From assembly GCA_011109175.1 (NCBI GenBank), contig RDEW01000005.1:1046643-1110642 (forward strand): DNA of 64,000 bases, given 5' to 3'. Under the pieces are notes generated by a model, which was not told the DNA's origin, did no database searches, and worked only from the letters and a program-made list of their open reading frames with translations. This document shows positions 50,700-61,689 of the stretch, piece by piece; the stretch's first letter is position 1; every line of letters begins with the position of its first letter. The translations under genes and the position numbers were made by a program. This stretch comes from Dicyema japonicum (Eukaryota > Animalia > Dicyemida).

Positions 50700-51800
50700 G
50701 TGGTTGAGACTTAAGCATGCATTTGATCAATTAATGACCAAATCCTTGTCTCCCAGTGTAGATAATCAATAGGGGATAGATCGTAAACAGACCCTTTTAG
50801 TTCTCAAGTTGAGTTTTGCGTTTACTGTATTTTTTGTAGGGGAATAAATTGTATTCATGGAACCCAACTTGGAAAAGCATAATTAAACTTTGTCCCGATG
50901 AATTACTTGTATAAAAGGAGGAGATATTTTTAGATGAGCTATTCGAGTGACCTGCTACTGCTGGAGGAACAGTTGGACTGATTTGTGAGGAACTCAGTTT
51001 TGTAGGAAGCGAAAAGAGAATAGCAATTATAACCATATTGATTATATAATCTGTCCTCCATGATCCAGATGGAAGAATAATTATATAGTCTGTCCTTCAT
51101 CCTGCCGAAAAAGTGGAGGCTGTAGCTTCTCATTTTGAAAATTTCATCAGAGAAGTCAATAAAAAATTCAAAGATGTACACTCTACTGGAAACGATGATA
51201 TTAACTTCAAAACCTGGGAGTCTACGTCTGATATAAAGTGGTGTCATAGATGGCATAGCAAATTCAGAAGAGATTTCGAGGTGCCACAAATATTCTTAAC
51301 TAAATCAGTAAAAGGATAGGAAAATGTTCTGCTAGTCTCCCCCTTCTTCCCAGAATTTATGACGTTTTTGTGAAGTCGGTCCTCTCCAAAAATTCGGACA
51401 AATAGGGAATTTGTAAAATCGAAGAGAAGAGGCTCGAATCATACCGTAAAAATCGATTTTTCTTAGGAGTGAAAAAGCCAATGCATTTGAGGAAGGAAGC
51501 ATTATATGTTAGATGCTCCACGAGACCAATAAGTATGTTAATAACAGAGGCACGTTGAAATATATTTGGTAATATTCAAAAAATGGACCAAAGAATGCCA
51601 GAAAATGTCATAACTCAAAATTTGAGGACAAATTTCACGAACATCTACGCACAACGCTTCCTAAAGGTCTCAATAGTGATCTGAGGCAGGTAAAGAAAAT
51701 ATCGAGAAACGGATAAGACATTAGTGATCTGTGAGTCTTGGGTCGAATAGAAATGAGTAAAAGTAATCAGTGAACAGGACATGAATAAAATTATAACTTA
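50700..51800 (+). mobile_element. Highly degenerate RTE endonuclease region
   Basis: NHIDYIICPP.SRWKN resembles the RTE APE motif NQIDYIL..RW; little else is recognisable. Confidence 0.4.
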
Positions 51801-51849
51801 TTGACATGCTCAACCATTACCATGGGAAGGCGAGAGTAATAATAATAAC

Positions 51850-52050
51850 AGCCTTTTCACGAGAGCCATATTATTTATAGCTCCGCATAGGCAGGACACA
51901 CACTTTATATAAGTAAAGAACAGTTAATTTTAACTAATCGTAGAACCAAGGAATGATCTTCACTTCTTTTTTTCATGTGTGTGGGCCCTTTCTAGACAAT
52001 CCAGTTCCGCAGTGAGAGTCCACTGATGACGGCGTCACTCGTCAAGCCTA
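51850..52050 (-). mobile_element. SINE family 1, 3' part
   Basis: Reverse-complement match to 33228-33440. Confidence 0.75.
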
Positions 52051-52162
52051 ATAATCAATGAAAAATGTTATAAAACTGGTTATCTTTGATCTTTTTTAAA
52101 TATTTTTATTAAAAAAATATTTTAAAATTTTAATATTAATATTTAAAAATCAATTTAGAGCT

Positions 52163-54237
52163 ATGTTGAACAATATAGTCGAAATACCAATTAGAGGATC
52201 AGACGAAGTAATTTTATAAAATAATGCTAGATAATCGAAGTTGACTGTTCAAACCTCCCCTTTTACACAGAAATTATCAATATAATGCAACAAGAACGAA
52301 TACCTCTTTACTCTGCTTATGAACTCGGGGTAATCATCTCATAACACACATAGCTGGCGTACTATCGAGTCAAAGACTTTGATGGCTTTGAATCGATAAT
52401 GTCCTCTAGTGAGAATCTCTGCGACTCGCAATACGAAGGATCAGATCGTGATCTGATGCACATTCTCGACTGTCTGGCGATCTTCTATACAAGAAAGGGC
52501 CAAAAATGTAGTGACGAGTCTTCGAAGCGTTTATTTTTTGAGAAGGCCACCACCATTTACACAAAAACTGACAGAATGGCTACCTACGACCAGGTAGTCT
52601 TACACGTCTCAGCTATAGTTGCATCTACTTGCACGTGCCTTCTTCTATCTGCACCATGGAGGAGCCGTTCAGCAGGCTGAGGAACAATTCGACTTTATTA
52701 TCAGCAAAGTTAGTGTTTTGGTAAGCCAAGGATCCTTACTGCATTCCCGCTCTGCTTGGGAAGGCCAACATCGTCTTCAACAGGAAGGAGTATAAACGGG
52801 CACTAAAATGCTACTCGGACGCGTTGAGGGCTAATCCGAAGGGTCCCCCTTCTATTCGATTGGGTATCGGATTGTGCTACCTTAAATTGGGGAACATGGA
52901 TAAAGCAAGGTTGGGGTTTTACTTGAGTGAAGGATGGCCTTTGGAAGGACTCTCAAATTGGATAGTAGTTGTGTCGGCGCTCTTGTTGGCATGGCTTTGT
53001 TCGAGTTGAACACCAAAGTTGGGGTTTCTGTCAAGAACGGGACAGAACTGCTGTCAGCTGCTTATGGGATAGACCCAAACAATCCAATGGTGCTCAACCA
53101 TCTAGCCAACCATTTCTTCTACCGAAAGGACTACGCCAAAGTGAAGCCTCTTGCACAGCACGCCTTCAACAAGGCAGTCCATGAGGGAATGAAGATGGAA
53201 AGTTTGTACCATATTGCCCGTTATCACCACGCTATGGTTGGTTGTTGTGATATTGTAGGGAAACTACGAGTCTGCCTTCATCTACTACTTTCAATGCACT
53301 CAACACGCATCCCAGACTTTCATCCTTCCCTATTATGGACTGGGACAGATATATCTGTGGAAGAATGATAGAGAGAGAATGTTGGCAACTCACTCAATTG
53401 TAGGCCATTGGAGCCTTCAAACGGGTGTTGGAGACATTACCAAACAACTACGAGACTTTGAAGGTCCTCGGTTGCATGTATGCCACATCAAACAACACTG
53501 ACGACAGAAACAAGGCCAAAGTGGGAGAGATTTAACAATTTAGGAATATCTTGGTAAGGTGACTTCAATGCAGCCAGATGACGTCGAGGCTTGGATAGAA
53601 TTCTCCCAAATTCTGGAACATTCTGACCCTCAGGTTTTTTGTCATACTTATTAGACAGAAATCCTACGAGGCATACAAGAACGCTTCACATATCCTCGAA
53701 AAGAATATGAATGATGTTCCACCAGAAATCCTCAACAACATTGGAGCTCTCTCCTTTAAATTAAACAAACTGAAAGATGCTGAGGTAAGCCTATTCCTAA
53801 TAGCAGAAATACTTGGAGATTGCATTAGAAGGTTGTATGCGAGATCTTGCCAAAAACGAAACTTACTACACCATGATATCAGTTACAGTAAAGTACAACA
53901 TTGGACGAGTACATGAGGCCCTTTACGACAGCGAACGGGCACAACAGATTTACTTGCAGATTCTTGAGACTCAACCTAAATATATTGACTGTATTGTATA
54001 TGAGGGATGTTAGGTCATTTCCGACTGTTCAGTATAATGCAGAGTATTGGGAAACATGAACTTGCTGACGACCACCTCAAACGAGTTTTATCGATAGACA
54101 AGGTTTGGAGTTACATGATATGGTAGAACAATTGTGATGCCAACCAAATGTGGATGCCATGGTTTATACTGACCTTACCCCTCACTCTTATTTCTGGATC
54201 TGTGGACGTTAAGGAGGATATTTCCTTAATGATCTAA
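52163..54237 (+). pseudogene. CTR9: CTR9 (PAF1 complex TPR subunit), N-terminal half only; disrupted
   Basis: Spliced reading aligns to animal CTR9 ([53 protein letters not shown]). There is an extra GA at 53370-53379, and homology stops at about 54160. Confidence 0.85.
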
Positions 54238-55204
54238 ATGACCGAATTAATCTGAAATCTCATTAAGATATGTTTTTGAAAAAGAAAGAGTTTTTTGAGA
54301 GCAATATGATGCTAGAAGGTCTGCTTCAAGATGACTAGAAATTATTCAACAAATGATTGTTTGAATGTATATTCATGAGATAAAATTAGCAACCTTCTGA
54401 CTACGAAGCAGTGAGAATAGCTGCCTCGCTCTGTCTTAACCTTAATTTTGTGTTAAATGAAAATATCCTCGAGGACGGTGGATCAATGGTTATCATCTTT
54501 TAAGCTGATTTATGGCTGTTCTTATACATGATGTCGCAACTTGACATTAAAAATGCATTTTCTATGCTGGCCACAACTAGTTTTTTTTGCGATGGCAACG
54601 CTTCGAAGGGATAACAATATTCCCATTCGATAATGGTGGAAACATGGTTTGGTGCGTTACACGTGTTAAAAACACTCTCCAACAAATTTGGCTGATATTC
54701 AGTTAATGACGACGAAGATCATTAATATCGCCTAGGATCTCGTGGGACTGATTGTTTCGAGATTGTATTTTGCAAGGTAAAATACCTGGCTATTGAAGTC
54801 GCTCAATGTAATAATTAATTTTACTAATTGAAGTTATGATTTGCTAAAATGCCGACAATTAAAAATTCACGGGACCATACTGCAGGGAGATTCTTTTATC
54901 TCGTGATGCGTTCGGTTAACTCATGATTCTAATAATGAACAAAGGAAAACCCTCAATCCTAAAAATGACTTACGACAGGCAGCTTAATTTTACCAAAAAA
55001 GTTCCATGCCAAAAAAGTTCTCGCCAAAGGACTGCAGAAGATAAATGTCACACGGGCTCTTAGCCAGAAGACCCCAGTAAATATAAATGAAACAATCGGA
55101 ATTATATATCGTCAGACAATCGCAGAGAACCGAGTTTCCGCGTCACCGACATATTACACTTCCGAAACACTTGATGTAGTTTTAAATCTTATGAAAAAAG
55201 TATA

Positions 55205-55310
55205 AAAAGTGGAAACGATTTGGACAAGTTGAGAAAACTGTCGTACGATCGAAAAAATTTGAAGAAGTTAGTTCGAAAGATTGTCTCGAGTGCTGCACGA
55301 GTGCACTTTC
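55205..55310 (+). mobile_element. RTE LINE 3' fragment
   Basis: DLDKLRKLSYDRKNLKKLVRKIVSSAARV matches the C-terminus of 12452-12721. Confidence 0.7.
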
Positions 55311-56149
55311 ATGCCATAGAGTTGCAACCTGAAAAATAAACAGCAGCGTATCGTCCTTTACTGTCCCTGTTGCAACAAACTCTGATAGTCCATCTAATCG
55401 TCTCCCCCTCTAAGACAACTCAAAATCTCTGTCTCCGTTGAATGTTCAATGGTTGTCAGGGAAATCGGTAAAAAACTTAACTACTGGACTAAAAATCACC
55501 GAATTTACATATGAAAGCAAATCTAACAAAAACACCAGAAACTAATCGTCATTCAACAAAAACTCCAGTTTCTCAATACAATTTTCAAGGTCCATATATG
55601 ATCATTATTATCCCTTAGTTCAAGACAACCTGGTGACCACAAAGACAACCTGAGAGGCTATTTCCACCACCTCATTTACTTCATTGTCAGAAGGGTGGCA
55701 TTCTGTAGTATATATGTCGCCTTCTTTATCACACGGGAGGGCCATGTGATTGAGGATCGTAAAATTGACGTAATTAAGTTCTTAGGCGAGACAGAATTGT
55801 ACAAATGATGTAAAAATGAAGTCGTTCCTAGACAGTCGACCCACTAATCATTGATTTTGCGGCATTAGTCCAGTCCTTCTCGGAAATGGTTGATTTTGCG
55901 GCATTAGTCCAGTCTTTCTCGGAAATGGTCTTATTCTGTTACTTTGATTAAGTACCTCTTTTCTAAAGAGGAGTAAGTTATTTTTCTGGTTATCGAGTTC
56001 TTCTATCGTTATTTGAACCACTATTAGGGTAAGAATTCGAATTTACCTCCTTTCATGAGATCTATGGGGATAAATCCAAAGAACTTATGTTTATATATAT
56101 TAAAGTTGTCATAAAATTTCGATTAATGAAAAGACAACAAAAGACTATA

Positions 56150-56600
56150 ATTTATTTTTATTTTATTTTAATAACCCCGGGAACACAGAGAAAGACAAAA
56201 GAGTCAAACATTTAGGTGATCCCAGTCCTCGCTATCAATTGTGCCATTCGACGTCTGTGATCTTTTATTGTCCCCACTGCTTTCCGGAAGAGCCTTCTCT
56301 CGGTCTGGCAGAGGAATCCGATCGGGGAGGGGAATTTCTTATCCAATCGGTTATCTCTTGCCATGGAAAGGATCAGGCGAAGCGGGTTTCCATCTTCCTC
56401 ACAGACACGAAGAAATCCGGAGCCACGACTACGGATCTTAGCTTCCATGAGTAGTGGGTCGACTGTTGATCCATTACGTGGGCAAAGCATACTGATTGTT
56501 TTCTGGTGTATTGAGTTGACTCTTTGGACCATAGACTCCGATAGCGCGAATCTCCATGTAAAAAGGCATACTCAACGACTGTTCAAAATTTGCGTCACTT
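56150..56600 (-). mobile_element. 5'-truncated LINE 3' end
   Basis: GSGFLRVCEEDGNPL...LIARTGIT*; (TAAAA)n tail. Confidence 0.8.
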
Positions 56601-57003
56601 AAATTTTCATATTTCATCTTTAATAAATAACAATGTGATTACATTATTATTTATTTTATACAATAATATATTTTTCGTTCTAGTGGTGGTGTAGAACGAA
56701 AAATATAGTATGTCTGTTTTCACCAGTTTGCTAACAAATCCTTAGGGCCTTCTTACAGAGAATATTGAAGATAGAAACAAATTAGAAGTGAGAAATATAT
56801 CTTAAGGAATACATGATGTTAATGGAACTAGCATAAGATCTACTGTGGGAAATGTTCCTGCTCATCGGCTGTCCTTCAAAGCATTAATCACTAAGAGTCG
56901 ATCAGGTGACAGGATCAAGTGGATCTCAATGGTTGTCAACTATGCGAAAAGGATATTCGGGAGTTTTTTTTGGTTGAGATGGTGACATGCCTCTCTTGCA
57001 CAT

Positions 57004-57760
57004 ATGTCTGCAAAGGATTCAGAACAATTTAATGACCTGACTATCCTAACCTTCAATGTCAGAGGCGTGAATAACGTGGCTAAGAGGCAGCTTCTATTTT
57101 CCGATGTTGAGAAATACCGGGATTCTGTATGCTGCCTGCAGGAGACTAAAATAAAAAATGGACTCGATGAATCACATGCAAATTACAGGTTACTATTGCT
57201 TCCTTTGAAATCGAGGCATTATGGACAAGGCTTTGCCATACAAAAGGACTATATTCCCAGAGTATATGGTTACTGGCAATGACAGAATCAGTGTCTTACA
57301 AATACGTACAAGATCAAGCAGAAATTCGAGGAGACTAATCACAATTGTCAACGTTTACGCACCACTGGATTGTCTAAAAGGACACACACCTAGAAAAAGA
57401 AAACAAAAAGTGAAGAGCATTTCTTGGTTCTCCCTCTACGATTAGTTATGATAACTGTTCTTTGCTTAAAATAAAGTGTGTGTTCTGCCTGTGGAGATGT
57501 TAATTCTATGAAAATGAAATTGTGTCAGTTAAAGCATGGATTGCGTGTTCTGGATCAAACGTCGTCGTGTTGAAAATCGTGGACATAATCTTCGAAAAGT
57601 TGCTAACAAATTCAGATATATCTCAGGATTGACACCGAATTTCTGTCTCAAGCTCTCTAATAAGGAGAAAACCGCTATTGAAGTATGTATTCTATATCTC
57701 TGAAAAGATTGTTTTGAAATAAAGGACTTTCACAAAGAATCGCCTTTAGTCTGAATTTTA
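57004..57760 (+). mobile_element. RTE endonuclease region joined to SINE family 1 sequence (57362-57490)
   Basis: ILTFNVRG, CCLQETK and IVNVYAP, followed by the SINE body. Confidence 0.7.
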
Positions 57761-58090
57761 ACATTTTTATGGTGGATTCCCTGCACTCAAAATTGAGAAA
57801 AAGGAGCTTTCGTAAAAAAATACTTCAAGAATTCATTAGCTTTATTGACGGTTGTGAAACAACAATATCATCCGCGTAGGACCGTAATGTGTCGTCATCT
57901 TGTTGAATTGTTAAGTCATTCGTAATTAGATTGCATAAAACTGGAGATAATGGGGAACCCTAAGGAACGGTTGTGAAACAACAATTTTATCCGCGTAGGA
58001 CCGTAATGTGTCGTCAACTTGTTGAATTTTTAAATCATTCGTAATTAGATTGCATAAAACTGGAGATAATGGGGAACCCTAAGGAACCTC
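57760..58090 (-). mobile_element. LINE RT fragment with 119-bp tandem duplication
   Basis: GSPLSPVLCNL...SYADDI is present twice. Confidence 0.7.
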
Positions 58091-58358
58091 GTTTGGTAAT
58101 AATAGTCTGCATGAGGAACATCGATTACCCTGGCGGATCAGGTTAATGAGTTTATCAGGTTAATCGGGCAGCTGTAAAGAAGCAAGAGGGTGAACCTAGA
58201 ATGACGCGATGGCTTTTCCAAAACATTGTGCTCGAGATTATGAAAGGTATCTCCCATCGCGTGTTCAATATTTCCAGGTCATAATGGAGACCTCATAACA
58301 ACTTTAATTTTAACTTACTTTTTAATAAAATATCTTAATTTCACTTACTATTAGCACT

Positions 58359-58650
58359 TTGATGATTTTGTTAACCAATCGCTTCCGCCCCCTTTATTGG
58401 ACTCCAAATATTTCACTAGGATTAAAGTTGGATACTCTCTTTACATTCGGCGAACACTTCAATGACATTATAACCAGCATATTGAAAATTATGTCCCGAT
58501 CACCAATTGGGCACAACACCTTCTTACTACTGAAAATTTACAGACGATACATACTGCCAGCAATCGATTACGCATGTCCTTTCTGAAGCTGATACCTGAA
58601 TCGTCGTCTCAAAAATCTCAAAAATTAGAAGCCGCACAACTTGCTGCCCT
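58359..58650 (+). mobile_element. LINE RT C-terminal fragment
   Basis: LGLKLDTLFTFGEH...IYRRYILPAIDYAC. Confidence 0.6.
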
Positions 58651-59023
58651 TGAAAATAATTAATAAGAAAACTGTGAAAAACGTAATGAATCTTAAAGAA
58701 CATCTAAGGTAAAGAGTGAAGTTATTTCTACAGGGCTGGATTTTGTGTTATGATCCAATTAACTTTATTCAGTCCCCTAGATTGCAGATAGTTTCAATGA
58801 GGAGGATAGTGAAATCTGCATTTCCCATGAAGGATTGCATACGTCATCGTTAGTCGGATAAATTGTTCATAAATCGTGATAAGGCCACTAGTTCGGTCTC
58901 TAAGTATTTTTGAGAGTACTTTTAAAATTCACATTTTTTTCAGATTAGTCGGATAAATTGTTCATAAATCGTGGTAAGGCCACTAGTTCGGTCTCTAAGT
59001 GTTTTTGAGAGCACTTTTAAAAT

Positions 59024-61365
59024 TCACATTTTTTTCAGAGCAGAAGTTACTTTGTTTTCAACATGTCGGATAAAGGTGAGTCCCTGATCAAAGGTTACTC
59101 TCAGAATATTCGGTGTTTTGTTAATATGAATAGCTTCGTTCTTCATAAAGAATTTGGTTAGATACAGACCTGTCTTTTGTAGGTAGTAAACAGTGTGACA
59201 AAGAACTTGTTGCTGATGTGTCGAGTCTCCGCTTCGAGAGTCATAGTTCCAGCTTGTCAAGCATTTGTTGAGCGGACTGAGTCCCCTTGAGGGACTCCAT
59301 TTGGGAAATAGCGAGATTTTGATTTGATGTTGTTGATGAGTACTTGTGCTCGTCTTCATTTAGGAAGTTTCCAAGCCAAAGTTGGATGTTGGTTTCAAAT
59401 ATTTTCTTTGTTAGGAGTTTCCTAGGGACTGAGTCGAACGCTTTTGTAATGTCCACGGATATAAGTGCTGTCCTCTGATGGGGTTTGGGGGAGTTAAATC
59501 CTTCCGCAATGAATTGTGTGAGGGTTGTAAGGTGTGTTGTTGTCAAATGGTTATCCCGGAATCTGTGCTGAGTCAGAAGTATTGAGATTGAGTCTTGTAT
59601 TTTTTCCAAAACAAGCGTTTCAAAGATTTTTGAGACCGGACTTAGAATAGATATTGAGCGATATGAAAATGGTTCATCTATTGGTTTGTTGGGTTTTCGG
59701 ATAGGTCTGATTAGAGACTTCTTCCATCTTTCAGGGATTGTATTTGTGTTAATGGATAGGTTGAAGATATAGGCTAATAGTTTCAAGGCTCGATGGCCTA
59801 GGTGCTTCAGTTCACATGTGGTTATATTGTCTGGTCTTTTGGTTTCTGACCCGTTGACTTTGAATATGGCTCAGCGAACATCCTGACTAGTAAATAGGAT
59901 CAAGTCATCGGAGCGTTTCGTTTTAATCTTATTCAGGAATACTTGGTGTTCTTTTGAAAACTTCTTGTAGGAGATAGACGTGTAATATTTTATCAGAGTG
60001 TCTGGTTTTATGTAGACTTCGACTTTTCTCTCTGGGGAGGATCTTTTGATGTTCTTGATCCCCTTGCACACTCTCTGCATTTGGGGGGTTCTTGCAGGAA
60101 GCCTTCGATAACCTCGTCCATCTAATTGCATTTTCTGCCTTTCTGTTGTTGTCGATCTCTCTGTTCAATTCTCGTTTTTTTCTGATGTTTTCTTCTGTTG
60201 GCGATTTTACCATCTTTAGATTATTTCGTCCTCTAATCAGATGTTTCGTCGTTGTGTTGAAACGTTTTGATGACGTAGGTTGTTTCCCCATAGACAGCGT
60301 TTATGGTGGAGTTGAACCATTTCACTAATTGTTCGACGGAGGGAGGATTGGGGAAATTTAATAGTCCAGTACAATTATCGACGTAATCCTTGAATCCTCT
60401 CCAATTCGCAAGGCAGTAGTTAGTTATCGTTGGGCATTGTCCTTTTATCCGTGACCTTGTTTTGACCTCAAAAAATATTGGATTGTAGTCACTCCTGGAG
60501 TCACACTTCACTGACCAGTCAATAAAGTTGCCAAGGACGGTGATGACAATGAGATGTCGATAGAAATAGGTTTATCGTTACGTCGATTAGGTGTTCTTGT
60601 ATGAGATGCAGGATCGTTGAGTATACATAGGCTGTGTAGGTCCTCAATTATCATCTTTCCTCTTAGTTCAGTGGTGCTTCGCATTGAAGTCACCACAGAT
60701 AATCACATCTTTCAGTGATGCGAGAGGATTGATTCTGGGAGGACTGGACGAACAGGAACTCAACAGTGGGAGATATGCGTTGACAATTATTATCATCTTT
60801 CCTCTTAGTTCAGTGGTGCTTCGCATTGAAGTCACCACAGATAATCACATCTTTCAGTGATGCGAGAGGATTGATTCTGGGAGGACTGGACGAACAGGAA
60901 CTCAACAGTGGGAGATATGCGTTGACAATTATTATTGATAGTCTTGGGACTCGTACTTTGATAACTAAAAATTCGAGATTTCTATATCCTTTATGAATAG
61001 TGTAAGCACTGATAGTTAAGTCCTCACACGGAATGCCGTTACGGATAACTGTGAGAAAACCCCCACCAAGTTTGCCAATTCTGTCACGGCGAAATTCTGT
61101 GAAATCCGGAAATACTTGTGTTGAACTCTTTGGAGAAAGCTTAGACTCTTGAATTAGCTACAGATCGATGTGATTTTCTTTCACAAATGTCCGAAGTTCG
61201 TGTATCTTGTTCTTGATTCCATTTATGTTGAGTTGGACTATTCTGGCTGGTTCAGGGTTTGCCTCAACGTCTCCGCAGCGGAGGCCTTCCTTAAAGGTCC
61301 ACCCGTGGAGATAGGGAAAAGTGTAGTCCTTTTTTTACAAATGCCACCACGTCGCGAGCCACATG
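59024..61365 (-). mobile_element. Near full-length degenerate Ingi/Vingi-like LINE with 2A-like motif
   Basis: CGDVEANPEP, then APE (QLNINGIKNK, QESKL, ICGDF) and RT (WKKSLIRPIRKPNK, GFNSPKPHQRTALISVDITKAFD). The 5' end recurs at 61403-61640 and 62594-62750. Confidence 0.85.
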
Positions 61366-61689
61366 ACATTATCACATTGATCTTAATGAATGGATAAATT
61401 NAAGTTTAGACTCTTGAATTAGCAACAGATCGATTTGATTTTCTTTCACAAATGTCCGAAGTTCGTGTATCTTGTTCTTGATTCCATTTATGTTGAGTTG
61501 GACTATTCTGGCTGTTTCAGGGTTTGCCTCAACGTCTCCGCAGCGGCGCAGGCCTTCCTTATTGGTCCACCCGTGGAGATAGGGAAAAGTGTAGTCCTTT
61601 TTTTACAAATGCCACCACGTCGTCGGCGAGCCACATGACATTATCACATTGATCTTAATAAATGGATAAATTTTTACTAACTCGGTTTT

